Source: a virus. From it: a stretch of DNA of 64,000 nt. Shown piece after piece: positions 8,322 to 17,544 of this stretch. How positions within the stretch are numbered: position 1 is the stretch's first letter; every line of letters begins with the position of its first letter. The notes below the pieces were generated by a model. That model did not search any database. It had not been told where the DNA came from and saw only the letters and a program-made list of their open reading frames with translations. A program made the position numbers and the translations under genes. The DNA is taken from positions 3,781-67,780 of IMG/VR virus record IMGVR_UViG_3300035183_001487. One strand, 5' to 3'.

Positions 8322-8878
8322 AGACGCTGCCCATCATCCTCGAAGGGAACCGCGCCTACGGCGAGGAGTTCCTGGTCTGGCTCTGGAAGCGCGGGATTGC
8401 GGACGGCGGCATGTCCGGCCTGGAGGGCGACCTCTCGTGCTGCTTCGTGGACGACTCCGTGCAGCTGGCCTCGGAGCGCGGCGACGTGAAGGAAGTCTCG
8501 CTGCGCAAGGGCAACCCGGCGGAGAGCCAGGAGGCCTTCGAGGCCCTGGCCCGGGGGATGCGCCCCGTCCGCGCAAAGCTCCGGGTCCTCAGCGGCGACC
8601 TGGAGTGGTCCTTCACGCTCGTGGCCTCCACCCTCGACCTCCAGGCCCTCAAGCTGCCCACCACCGCCTCGAAGGACCCGACGGCCCGCCTGGCCGACCG
8701 CCTGTTCCTCATGGAGGAGGGCGTCGCCCACCTGGAGCGCCGCTACGCCGCCTTCCTCCGCGCCAAGGCCAAGGACCCCGGGGGCGTCGAGGCCTCCCTG
8801 AAGTCCTGGCTCCGCGACTCCCTCACCCCGTTCCTCGACCCCGAATCCACCACCACCCCTCCCTGGAGCAAGCCATGA
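8318..8878 (+). CDS. RdgC-like protein, C-terminal half
   Basis: YGEEFLVWLW...EAFEALARG....AKL......EWSFTL...LKLP pattern. Confidence 0.6.
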   Translation: MKTLPIILEGNRAYGEEFLVWLWKRGIADGGMSGLEGDLSCCFVDDSVQLASERGDVKEVSLRKGNPAESQEAFEALARGMRPVRAKLRVLSGDLEWSFTLVASTLDLQALKLPTTASKDPTARLADRLFLMEEGVAHLERRYAAFLRAKAKDPGGVEASLKSWLRDSLTPFLDPESTTTPPWSKP

Positions 8879-9102
8879 AGTCCATCCTCGTCCTCTCCGT
8901 CCCGGCCCTCGTCCTGCAGGCCCAGGTGCCGCCCCCCCCGCCCATCCCCCACGCCCAGGTCCTGGACGTCAAGGTCGCCGGCCCCTCGGCCAGCATCCAC
9001 GTCATCACCGACGAGGCCATCCCGCTCACGGAGGCCCGCATCTACCAGGGCGAGAGGCTGCTCGGCCGCGTCCTGAACATCGCACCCCCGGAGACCCCAT
9101 GA
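8875..9102 (+). CDS. Hypothetical exported protein
   Basis: Signal-like N-terminus; coupled. Confidence 0.5.
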   Translation: MKSILVLSVPALVLQAQVPPPPPIPHAQVLDVKVAGPSASIHVITDEAIPLTEARIYQGERLLGRVLNIAPPETP

Positions 9103-9299
9103 TCCGCATCGCTCGCTCGATCCTTGCCGCCCTCGTGGTGGGCTTCGTCGCCTTCTGGCTCGTCCGCTTCGGGTTCTGGACCGACGGGCTGTTCACCCAG
9201 CGCACCGCGCTCTACTGGACCGCCTCGAAGGTCACCGCCTGGGCCTTGGCCGTCATGATGGGCGGCATGGCGGGGTTCGCCTCATGGAAGGCGCGGTGA
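9099..9299 (+). CDS. Small two-TM membrane protein
   Basis: Two hydrophobic helices. Confidence 0.6.
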   Translation: MIRIARSILAALVVGFVAFWLVRFGFWTDGLFTQRTALYWTASKVTAWALAVMMGGMAGFASWKAR

Positions 9300-9580
9300 A
9301 GCTCCGTCTCCCCCCCTCCCGCCGGCGCCGCCCGGCCGGTTCCCCGCCCTTCGACGCCGCGGCCCTGGCCCAGGTCGCCGAGGCTGCAGCCAGGGCCAAC
9401 GTGGGCCTTGGGGAGGCCTTGGAGGCCTTCCGGCGCGCCTACTTGGCCGAGGCCCTGGCTGTGCACCGGGGCAACGCCTCGGCGGCGGCCCGGGCCCTGG
9501 GCATCCACCGGAACACCCTCCACAAGGTCCTCCGGGGGGCTGGGCGTGGTAAAACGCCCGGTCCCTCGGAGGCCCCGTGA
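9296..9580 (+). CDS. Fis-family HTH protein
   Basis: YLAEALAVHRGNASAAARALGIHRNTLHK. Confidence 0.85.
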   Translation: MKLRLPPSRRRRPAGSPPFDAAALAQVAEAAARANVGLGEALEAFRRAYLAEALAVHRGNASAAARALGIHRNTLHKVLRGAGRGKTPGPSEAP

Positions 9581-9993
9581 TCACCGCTTCGCTCCTCGAC
9601 ATCCAGGTCCAGATGCGGGCGGCAGGCCGGCGCTGCAGGGTCTACGTGGCTGGGCCCTACACGGCACCCACGGCCCAGGGCGTGGCGGCGAACGTCCAGG
9701 CCGCGGTGGCGGTGGGCGTCGAGCTTCGGCGCCTCGGGTTCGTGCCCCTGGTGCCCCACATCACGATCCCCGGCGCCGAGGTGACGTGGAAGGAGGCAAT
9801 GGTGGAGTGCGTCTCCCACCTGCGCACCTGCGACTTCGCCGTCCTGCTCCCAGGCTGGGAGCGCAGCCGCGGCGCCTGTGTCGAGGCCTGGCTCTGCCGC
9901 CGGCGCCGTGGCTTCCCCCTGCTGGTGAGCCTGTCGGCCCTGGAGCAGGTGGTCCAGGCGGGGCAGGAGGCCCCCGGGGAACAGGCGGGCTGA
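9577..9993 (+). CDS. DUF4406 / nucleoside deoxyribosyltransferase-like protein
   Basis: VYVAGPYT...CD..VLLPGWERSRGACVE. Confidence 0.8.
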   Translation: MITASLLDIQVQMRAAGRRCRVYVAGPYTAPTAQGVAANVQAAVAVGVELRRLGFVPLVPHITIPGAEVTWKEAMVECVSHLRTCDFAVLLPGWERSRGACVEAWLCRRRRGFPLLVSLSALEQVVQAGQEAPGEQAG

Positions 9994-10000
9994 CCCCCCC

Positions 10001-10028
10001 TTGACGGCGCCGCTGCGATTTGTACGGT
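10001..10028 (+). promoter_or_regulatory. Sigma70-like promoter
   Basis: TTGACG-16 nt-TACGGT; near-duplicate in front of the tRNA. Confidence 0.55.
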
Positions 10029-10053
10029 TCCCGATCCGCCGTCGGGGGCACCT

Positions 10054-10455
10054 GTGTCCGTCCAGCTGTACCGTTCGCTCGACTTCCTCAAGCTGTTCAG
10101 CCGCGTCTTGACGGGCAAAGAGTACGACGATGCCCAGATCACCGAGGCCCTCGTGCGCACCTGGGAGGAGGCCCCGGCCGACACCCGCAAGAACGGGTGG
10201 CACATCCGGCACGCCTCCATCCGCTACCTCGGCGTGATCTACACGAACCGCGCGACGGCCCGCCTGGTCGCGCGCTGGTCGATCCAGGCCATGGGCGGGG
10301 ACACGCCGCTGGCCCACGCCTACCCCTTGTTCCGGGCCCTCGTGGAGCTTCGCGGCGTGCGCCCGTGGAACCGGGACTACTACGTCTCCAACGCCTTCGG
10401 CCACCGCCTCCGCCGCGGGGAGCGCCGGCGCCCTGATCCACAGGAGTCCTCATGA
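10054..10455 (+). CDS. Hypothetical protein
   Basis: GC3-rich ORF overlapping next start. Confidence 0.6.
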   Translation: MSVQLYRSLDFLKLFSRVLTGKEYDDAQITEALVRTWEEAPADTRKNGWHIRHASIRYLGVIYTNRATARLVARWSIQAMGGDTPLAHAYPLFRALVELRGVRPWNRDYYVSNAFGHRLRRGERRRPDPQESS

Positions 10456-11879
10456 CCTCCAGCGCGAAGAAGCGGGGCGCCAAGCCCGCCGCGAAGAAGC
10501 AGCACCCGGCCCGAAAGCCGACAGGGAAGAAGCCGAAGGAGCCCGAGACGACCGCCGCCGTCGCCGATCTGGCGGAGCCGCGGATGGTCCGCCTCCGCGT
10601 CTCGGACATCCTGCCCTGGGACGGGAACCCCCGCGAGCACTCCGCCGAGCAGATCCGGCTGCTGAAGAAGAGCCTCGGGGCCTATGGCCTTGCCTCGCTG
10701 CCCGTCGTGCAGGCCGGGACGCGGAAGCTGATTGCCGGGCACGGGCGGCTCGAGGCCCTCCGGGCCATGGGGCACACCGACCGCGTGATCCCGGTCCTCG
10801 AGGTCGACCTGGACGACGACCAGGCCAAGGCCTACGCCGTCACCGACAACCGCCTGACCGACATGAGCACCTGGAACCTCCCGGCCCTCCGGGAGATCCT
10901 GGTCGAGCTGGACAACGGCGCCTTCGACATCGAGTTGACCGGCTTCACCCCGGACGCGATGGCCGAGCTGTTCGACATCGACCAGGGCCCGCAGTCCGGC
11001 ATCCAGGCGGGGAAGGATCCCGATTCGGCGCCACCCCTGGCCACCACGGCCCCCAAGACCCAGCGCGGGGACCTCTACCTGCTGGGCCGCCATCGCCTGG
11101 TCTGCGGGGACGCGACGGTCAAGGCTGATGTGGACCACCTGATGGCCGGCCACGTGGCCGATCTGGTCATCACCGACCCGCCCTACGGGGTGAGCTACGA
11201 GTCCTCCGCGGCAGGGCTCAAGGCCTCGGGGAAGGCCTCGATCCTGAACGACGCGCTGGAAGGCGAGGCCTTCCAGGAGTTCTTGGACGCCGTCTTCGAG
11301 AACTACGCCCGCGTCTCGGCGCGGCATGCCGCCTTCTACGTCTTCTACGCCAGTCGGTTCCACGTCGCCTTCGAGACGGCGATGCGGCGCGCCGGCCTGG
11401 ACATCCGCGCCCAGATCATCTGGGCCAAGAACGCCGCCTCCTTCGGCTTCTCGCAGTACAAGTGGAAGCACGAGCCGGTGCTGCTGGGCGCCAAGGAGGG
11501 CGCGACGCCCCTCATCTACGTCCCGGCCCACGAGACGGCTTTCTACGCCTACCAAGCCGGCTCCTCCCCCGTCTGGGAGGGGGACCGCTCGCAGACCACG
11601 GTCTGGACCGTCGCCCGCGAGACGGGCTACACGCACCCCACGCAGAAACCCGTGGCCCTCCTCCGGCGCCCGATGCTCAACAGCTCCCGGGTGAAGGGCC
11701 TGGTCGTGGACTTCTTCGGCGGCTCGGGCTCGACCATGATCACCGCCGAGGACACCGGGCGGACCTGCTTCACCCTCGAGCTGGACCCCAAGTTCTGCGA
11801 CGTGATCGTGGCCCGCTGGGAGGACCTCACCGGCAGGCGGGCGACCCACATGCGGGGCGGGAAGGAGGTCAAGCGATGA
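10452..11879 (+). CDS. ParB/Srx-domain fused DNA adenine methyltransferase
   Basis: NPREH...LIAGHGRLEA...DNRL; ITDPPYGV; HPTQKPV; DFFGGSGST. Confidence 0.95.
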   Translation: MTSSAKKRGAKPAAKKQHPARKPTGKKPKEPETTAAVADLAEPRMVRLRVSDILPWDGNPREHSAEQIRLLKKSLGAYGLASLPVVQAGTRKLIAGHGRLEALRAMGHTDRVIPVLEVDLDDDQAKAYAVTDNRLTDMSTWNLPALREILVELDNGAFDIELTGFTPDAMAELFDIDQGPQSGIQAGKDPDSAPPLATTAPKTQRGDLYLLGRHRLVCGDATVKADVDHLMAGHVADLVITDPPYGVSYESSAAGLKASGKASILNDALEGEAFQEFLDAVFENYARVSARHAAFYVFYASRFHVAFETAMRRAGLDIRAQIIWAKNAASFGFSQYKWKHEPVLLGAKEGATPLIYVPAHETAFYAYQAGSSPVWEGDRSQTTVWTVARETGYTHPTQKPVALLRRPMLNSSRVKGLVVDFFGGSGSTMITAEDTGRTCFTLELDPKFCDVIVARWEDLTGRRATHMRGGKEVKR

Positions 11880-12190
11880 TCGACGGTTCCACCGTGGCCT
11901 TACTGGTCATGTCGTCCCTGTTCTATCTGGTGCTCCACTCGTTGGGCAAGAAGGAGTCCAAGGATGTGCGCGAGCGCCAGGTGGCCCTCGAGCACCGCAT
12001 GCGCGAGATGCAGCGCGCCTTTGAGCTGCGGGACTTGAAGGAGCGCCAGCAGGGCGCCATCCCCAGCGGCGTCCTCCTCATGACCTCCACCACCAAGGCC
12101 TGCGCCCACTGCGGGGAGAAGGAAGTCCCTGCGCAGGCTAGGCGCTGCCCGAACTGCGGCGGGGCCCGCTGGGAGATACGCCATGCCTAA
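11876..12190 (+). CDS. Membrane-anchored zinc-ribbon protein
   Basis: N-terminal TM; CAHCG...CPNCGG. Confidence 0.6.
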   Translation: MIDGSTVALLVMSSLFYLVLHSLGKKESKDVRERQVALEHRMREMQRAFELRDLKERQQGAIPSGVLLMTSTTKACAHCGEKEVPAQARRCPNCGGARWEIRHA

Positions 12191-12476
12191 CCCCATCCGA
12201 ATCAACCCGATCACCCACCGGATTGCTCGCACCGCCCAGGACATCCGGGCCCTGCCGGATGATGAGCCCGTTCTGGTCTTCGAGTGCTGCAACTGCGCCG
12301 TGCAATGCATGGACGGGACCACCCCGGAGCCCCCCAGCTACCTGGAGTGCCCGCCCGACGACGTGCCCTGCCCGGTCTGCGGGACGAGGAAACCCTGGAC
12401 CGCCGACGCCACCGACGCTGGATGGGCCAAGAAGCACGGGGTGGACCGCCTTGATGTGGATGGCAGCCGTGTCTGA
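12183..12476 (+). CDS. Hypothetical zinc-binding protein
   Basis: CCNC...CPVCG. Confidence 0.55.
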   Translation: MPNPIRINPITHRIARTAQDIRALPDDEPVLVFECCNCAVQCMDGTTPEPPSYLECPPDDVPCPVCGTRKPWTADATDAGWAKKHGVDRLDVDGSRV

Positions 12477-12477
12477 G

Positions 12478-12651
12478 ATGTGGCCCTGGGCTCACGCACA
12501 CCCCCTCTGCTTCACCTTCCTGGCCGTCTCGGCCCTCAGCGCCGCCGCGGCCGTCGCCCTGGGCCTGTGCGAGGCCCTCGCCGAGTTCGCCCGCCCGCTG
12601 GCCGTCCTGGCCCGCTGGATCGCCCGGGACCGCTCCCAGCGCCCCGAGTAG
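12478..12651 (+). CDS. Small membrane protein
   Basis: Hydrophobic ORF in operon. Confidence 0.4.
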   Translation: MWPWAHAHPLCFTFLAVSALSAAAAVALGLCEALAEFARPLAVLARWIARDRSQRPE

Positions 12652-12699
12652 TCCCCCAACCCGCGGGTGCCCCCGGCCCCGCCTTCACGGAGAAGCACC

Positions 12700-13047
12700 A
12701 TGAGCAAGCCCAAGCCCAAGACGCCCCACCGGAACGTCACGATGGCCACCGCCCCAAGGGTCCCCGCCGGTGAGGCTATCGACGCCCAGGCCCGCGGCAT
12801 CTGGTCAACGCTCGCCAACATGCAGGAGGCCCTCAACGAGCTGGGGAACAACATCATCAGTCTCAGGGCCCGGATGGATTCGGTCCTTCTTCCGCCTACC
12901 AATGAGCCGGCCAGGGCCGTCAAGGCCGACGGCGATGCCCAGGGCCCCGCCCTCGCCCCGCTGGACGAGACCCTCCGGGACAAGCTGCGCCAGATTCATG
13001 TGCTTAACGATTTCGTCCAAGACGCCGCGCACCGCCTGGACCTGTGA
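12700..13047 (+). CDS. Hypothetical coiled-coil protein
   Basis: GGAG RBS; helical composition. Confidence 0.6.
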   Translation: MSKPKPKTPHRNVTMATAPRVPAGEAIDAQARGIWSTLANMQEALNELGNNIISLRARMDSVLLPPTNEPARAVKADGDAQGPALAPLDETLRDKLRQIHVLNDFVQDAAHRLDL

Positions 13048-13054
13048 GCCCCGA

Positions 13055-13276
13055 ATGACCCGCGGCCGAGCCTCCAACCGCCACCACCGGGCCCGCGTCG
13101 TGGCCGCCCGGCGCCGCCTGGCCCTGGACGCCATGCGCTGGGACTACCCCGTGCCCGGGCGCCTCGCCAAGTGGAACCTCGTGTGCTCCTGCGACGTCTG
13201 CAGTGGGGCCCGGGCCGCCCGGCAGGCGGTGAAGGCGGCCCGGCGGGACCACTCCTTCCTCGAGGAGGATCCTTGA
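13055..13276 (+). CDS. Hypothetical basic protein
   Basis: Arg-rich, CSCDVC motif. Confidence 0.5.
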   Translation: MTRGRASNRHHRARVVAARRRLALDAMRWDYPVPGRLAKWNLVCSCDVCSGARAARQAVKAARRDHSFLEEDP

Positions 13277-13722
13277 ACCCCTTCGTGCCCAAGGAATGCA
13301 GCCTCGCTCCCATCCGCGGCTGGCGGCGCTGGCTCCTGCACGGCCTGCTGGGCCGGGAGCGCGCCTGCTGGCCGGCCTACCCGGTGCTCTACTACGCCAT
13401 CGACCCCATCCTGGAGGACAGGTTCGGCCGCCCCGACCTGTCCTTCACCCGGGGTATGGCCGTCATGGCCCAGCAGGAGCGGCACGGCCTCTGGGGGTGG
13501 CGGTGGCGGATGCTCACCGACCGCGCCTTCCGGCTGGAGGCCAATGCCGAAGCCGCGGCCGCCGAGCTGGCCGCCGTCAAGTCGGCGGGGGCCCGCCTGG
13601 CCCTGAAGATGGAGCGGGCCTGGGAGATGTCCACCGGCCTGATGCGCAGCACGACGTCCACCACCAGCGCCCTGCGGGCCATCGACGCCGCCATCCAGCG
13701 CGCCCGGGGGGAGTCGGAATGA
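13273..13722 (+). CDS. Hypothetical protein
   Basis: GAGGAGG RBS, TTG start overlapping previous stop. Confidence 0.55.
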   Translation: MNPFVPKECSLAPIRGWRRWLLHGLLGRERACWPAYPVLYYAIDPILEDRFGRPDLSFTRGMAVMAQQERHGLWGWRWRMLTDRAFRLEANAEAAAAELAAVKSAGARLALKMERAWEMSTGLMRSTTSTTSALRAIDAAIQRARGESE

Positions 13723-13892
13723 GCGACGCCCTGGCCACCCTCCTCATCGTTGGGGGCTGCGCCCTCTACCTCTGGGCCGTGCACCGCCTCCGGCGCCGCT
13801 ACGCCGCCCCGTCCGACGATCCCATGCCCGTGGACTGGGTGGATGACCTCCTGCCCAGCGACGAGACCCCCGACCACCGCCCCCGCCGCTGA
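13719..13892 (+). CDS. Small membrane protein
   Basis: ATGA coupling; one TM helix. Confidence 0.5.
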   Translation: MSDALATLLIVGGCALYLWAVHRLRRRYAAPSDDPMPVDWVDDLLPSDETPDHRPRR

Positions 13893-13916
13893 CCCCCGCC
13901 ACCCCAAGGAGCCGCC

Positions 13917-14177
13917 ATGGCCCAGAATGAACCCTCCTACGCCGTCCAGCCCGCCCGGACCTCCCTGTCCGCCGAGGAGCTGCGCATCCTGCTCGCGGCG
14001 ACGATCCTGAAGGCCGGCGGGGCCCTGGCTGTCTCCCCGGAGGACATGCACGCCGTCAAGGGCGCCCAGCTCGTGCTCGAGCCGGGGGCCCAGGGGGACG
14101 GGGTGTGCGCCATCCTGCGGGTGGTCCTGCCCGACGCCGCCCCCGTCGCAGGGAGTGCGAATGCGCTGGACTGCTGA
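13917..14177 (+). CDS. Hypothetical protein
   Basis: AAGGAG RBS. Confidence 0.55.
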   Translation: MAQNEPSYAVQPARTSLSAEELRILLAATILKAGGALAVSPEDMHAVKGAQLVLEPGAQGDGVCAILRVVLPDAAPVAGSANALDC

Positions 14178-14339
14178 CGCCCGCCTGGTGCGCCTGGTGT
14201 TGGGCTGTGGCGCGCCCGCAGGGCGCGCTGAGGCTTTTCCCCGGGTCTACCCCCTGCAGGTGCCCTCCCGGGTCCCGGGTGTCCCCGGCCCGGTCTACCA
14301 GCTGGCCGCCATCCCGCCCCCGGGAACGACGCCCCCCTG

Positions 14340-14999
14340 ATGGCCCTCGCCGTGCCCAAGCCCCGCGCCTCGAAGCCCTCGAAGCCCCCCGCCAAGAAGG
14401 CGGCGGCGAAGCATGGCGAAAAAACGACGCAACCCAAGCCAAAACGGGTACTTACGCCCGAACAAAGGGCGAAATGCGCCCCCAAGAAACCGTCTGAAGT
14501 AAAGTCCACAAAGTATGACTGGGTTGAAGTTGAGCGGATGTATGTGCAGGGCAACCCCGACCCCGCCCAGGGTCCCCGCTGGCCCTCCCTCGCCAACATC
14601 GCCCAGAGGGTTGGCGCCTCCATCACCACCGTGGAGGGCCGCTCCCGGGCGGGTGGCTGGCCTGAGAAGCGCTTGGCCTACCAGCGCCAGCTCCGGGAGC
14701 TGGAGGACCAGCAGCACCTCGAGCACCTCGCCTCCTTCAGCGTCAAGTCCCGGGTGGCCTTCCTCGGGACCGGCCTGCGCATCCAGCAGAAGGCCGACGA
14801 GAAGCTGCGGGACGAGACCGTGGACACCACGGACCTGCGCCGGATCTCGGGGGCCCTGAAGGACGCCCAGCAGGTGGTGGAGGTGGCGCTGGGCCGGCCC
14901 GCCGTGGGCCCGACGGTGATCGTGGACTGGGCCATCTTCGCCAAGCCTGACCCGAAGGTCGTTGAAACCCTGCCCCTGGCCCCCCGGGAGGATCCATGA
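14340..14999 (+). CDS. Probable terminase small subunit
   Basis: YDWVEVERMYVQG...SLANIAQRVGAS...GGW HTH pattern; two genes before the large terminase. Confidence 0.65.
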   Translation: MALAVPKPRASKPSKPPAKKAAAKHGEKTTQPKPKRVLTPEQRAKCAPKKPSEVKSTKYDWVEVERMYVQGNPDPAQGPRWPSLANIAQRVGASITTVEGRSRAGGWPEKRLAYQRQLRELEDQQHLEHLASFSVKSRVAFLGTGLRIQQKADEKLRDETVDTTDLRRISGALKDAQQVVEVALGRPAVGPTVIVDWAIFAKPDPKVVETLPLAPREDP

Positions 15000-15592
15000 C
15001 GCCGCCCCTGACCCTCTTCACGCCCCCCCGGCTGCCCGACGAGGTGGTGGGCTGGCTGCCCAGGACCCTGGTGGCGCCCATGCCGGGCCCGCCTGACACC
15101 CTGTCGGACCTCGGCGGGCTCTGGTGGATCTGCCTGGTGTCCTCGGTGGCCCTGGCCGAGTTCTACGACGGGCTCGGGGGCCGCCGGTTGGACAACGCCT
15201 TCCGCCGGATGATGGACCAGGCCAAGGACGGGCTGGACCAGGCCGGGGGCCGGGACGACATCCACCGGGCCTGCTCGGCGGGCGACAAGCTCGGGACGGA
15301 GGCGGCTTTGAACCGCCACGTGGAGCTGCTGTCCGTCGTGCCCTGGTGGGCTTCGGGCATCCGGGCGTCCTTCGCCATCGCGGCCCTGGTGGGCCTGGAC
15401 GCTGAGAACCTGCACGAACCCCTGGTGAACATGGCCACGCACCACCACCGCGCCTGGCGCGCCGGCATGACGGTGGTCCTGGATGACGAGGGCATGGCCC
15501 AGGCCGTGATCTCAGGGGCCTGCGGGGAGCTGGCGACCGACTGGATCCGCGTCCTGGCCGTCGCCATCGAGGCCAACCGACGGGCCCGGTGA
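14996..15592 (+). CDS. Hypothetical protein
   Basis: Coupled between terminase genes. Confidence 0.6.
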   Translation: MTPPLTLFTPPRLPDEVVGWLPRTLVAPMPGPPDTLSDLGGLWWICLVSSVALAEFYDGLGGRRLDNAFRRMMDQAKDGLDQAGGRDDIHRACSAGDKLGTEAALNRHVELLSVVPWWASGIRASFAIAALVGLDAENLHEPLVNMATHHHRAWRAGMTVVLDDEGMAQAVISGACGELATDWIRVLAVAIEANRRAR

Positions 15593-17544
15593 TGTTCGTC
15601 CCGACGCCCACGTCCCTGGAGGAGGCTCAGGCCGCCGCGGCGGCCGTCATGGAGCCCTACCAGGACCTGCCACGCGACGCTCGTGTCGCGCTGCTGGGCG
15701 CCCGGCTGGACCTCTTCGCCGCCACCTGCCTGCGCATCCGGGTCAAGGATGGCGGCATGCCCTGGCCCTTCGTGCTCAACCCCATCCAGGAGCGCTTCCT
15801 GCGGTCCATCCGGCGGGCCTATGGGAAGGACCCACGCATCGACCACTTCCGGGGCATCCGGGACATGATCGTCAAGCCCCGCCAGCTCGGGTTCTCCACC
15901 TTCATCGCGGCGTTGTTCTTCATGGACGGGCTGCGGAACCCGGGCCGGATCTCGGTGATCCTGACGCACGACCAGAAGATCTCCGAGGAGCTGCTGCGCA
16001 CCTACTCGATGCTCTGGGAGCAGCTGCCCGACGGCCTGAAGCGGGGCCTCAGCCTGGAGACCGATTCGAAGTACTCCATGGCCATCGCCTTCCCCGGCGG
16101 GGCCCCGCCGTCCCGGTTCCTGATCGCCACGGAGGCCGGCCACGACTGGCGCGGCGGCGTGATCCACAACCTCCACGCCTCGGAGGCGGCCTTCTACAAG
16201 GACTACCGGGGCTTCAAGGCCTCCTACCTGCAGGCCGTCCCGGAGGGCGCTGGGAACGCCATCTTCGAGACGACGGGCAACGGGCAGAACGAGTTCTACA
16301 TGGACGTCATGCGGGGCGAAGCCGGCGACTCCCGGTTCCGCCTGGTCTTCTACGCGTGGTGGGAGCACCCCGAGTACCGGCGGCCCTGGAACCCGGACGC
16401 CGAGCCCCCGCTCACCGCCGAGGAGATGCAGATCATGGCCCGGTTCGGACTTGACCTGCCTCAGATGGCTTGGCGCCGCGCGAAGATCCTGGAGCTTGGG
16501 CCGGACCTCTTCCGGCAGGAGTACCCCGCCGAGCTGGCCGACGCCTTCCTCACGACGGGCCGGCCCTTCTTCCCTGCCGACGACACCAGTCGCGGCCTCG
16601 AGGCCGCCAAGGCCATCCCGCTCCCCCCGGAGCTGCAGTTCGGCGAGCGGGTCTGGTCCCCGTATGAGCCCGGGGGCTCCTACCTGTTGTCCGCCGACAC
16701 CGCGGAGGGCATCTGGACGGGCGATGCGGACCCGCTGGACCCCGAGCACGGCGGCGCCGACTTCTGCGCGGCCTACGTCCTCGAAACCCGCTCGCTCCGC
16801 GTCGTGGCCACGCTGCATGGCCGCCTGGACCCCCCGGAGTACGCCCGCCGCCTGGCCATCCTGGGGCGTCGGTACCGGGCCCCCATCGCCGTGGAGCGCA
16901 ACAACCACGGCCACACCGTCCTGCACGCCCTGGAGGTCAGCGGCTACCCGGAGGTCTACCGCCACCTGGAGTACGACGAGACGGGCACCAAGTCCTTCCT
17001 CAAGCCCGGCTTCCCGACGACCAAGTCCACGCGGCCGCAGATCCTGGACGCCCTGTCCCACGCCATCCGCACCGGGGAGCTGAAGTGCCCGGATCCCGGG
17101 TTCTGGCGCGAGGCCTCGACCTTCCACCGCTCGCCGACCGGGAAGCCCGAGGCCTTGCCCGGCTTCAAGGATGACCGCGTCATCGGCCTCGCCATCGGCG
17201 TTTACCTGGCCACGCTGGGCCGGGGCGCCTGGGGCATTGATGGCCCCGAATCCCAGGCCCTTTGGGGCTCGGGCCCCCTGCAGGCGCCCGCCCCGCCGCC
17301 GGTGGCTGGGGGCCTCCCTCCCGCCAAGCCCGGCTTCGAGATCGGGAACGCCCTGGCCGAGCAGCGCCAGCTGCTCCGCGCCAACACCTGCGGCACCTGC
17401 ATGCACCTGGGCCCGGGCGACGTCTGCGCGATGTACCGCTTCACGGTGAAGCCGTCCGACCCGTCCTGCCCCTCCCACTATCCCCGGGGGGTCGCCAGTG
17501 GCGACGACCCCAGCGCGCCCTGGAGCGGCGACGGTGGGGGGTGA
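15589..17544 (+). CDS. terL: Terminase large subunit
   Basis: Walker A VKPRQLGFST, Walker B LHASEAAF, ETTGNG, nuclease ADTAEG, VERNNHG, DDRVIGLAI. Confidence 0.95.
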   Translation: MMFVPTPTSLEEAQAAAAAVMEPYQDLPRDARVALLGARLDLFAATCLRIRVKDGGMPWPFVLNPIQERFLRSIRRAYGKDPRIDHFRGIRDMIVKPRQLGFSTFIAALFFMDGLRNPGRISVILTHDQKISEELLRTYSMLWEQLPDGLKRGLSLETDSKYSMAIAFPGGAPPSRFLIATEAGHDWRGGVIHNLHASEAAFYKDYRGFKASYLQAVPEGAGNAIFETTGNGQNEFYMDVMRGEAGDSRFRLVFYAWWEHPEYRRPWNPDAEPPLTAEEMQIMARFGLDLPQMAWRRAKILELGPDLFRQEYPAELADAFLTTGRPFFPADDTSRGLEAAKAIPLPPELQFGERVWSPYEPGGSYLLSADTAEGIWTGDADPLDPEHGGADFCAAYVLETRSLRVVATLHGRLDPPEYARRLAILGRRYRAPIAVERNNHGHTVLHALEVSGYPEVYRHLEYDETGTKSFLKPGFPTTKSTRPQILDALSHAIRTGELKCPDPGFWREASTFHRSPTGKPEALPGFKDDRVIGLAIGVYLATLGRGAWGIDGPESQALWGSGPLQAPAPPPVAGGLPPAKPGFEIGNALAEQRQLLRANTCGTCMHLGPGDVCAMYRFTVKPSDPSCPSHYPRGVASGDDPSAPWSGDGGG

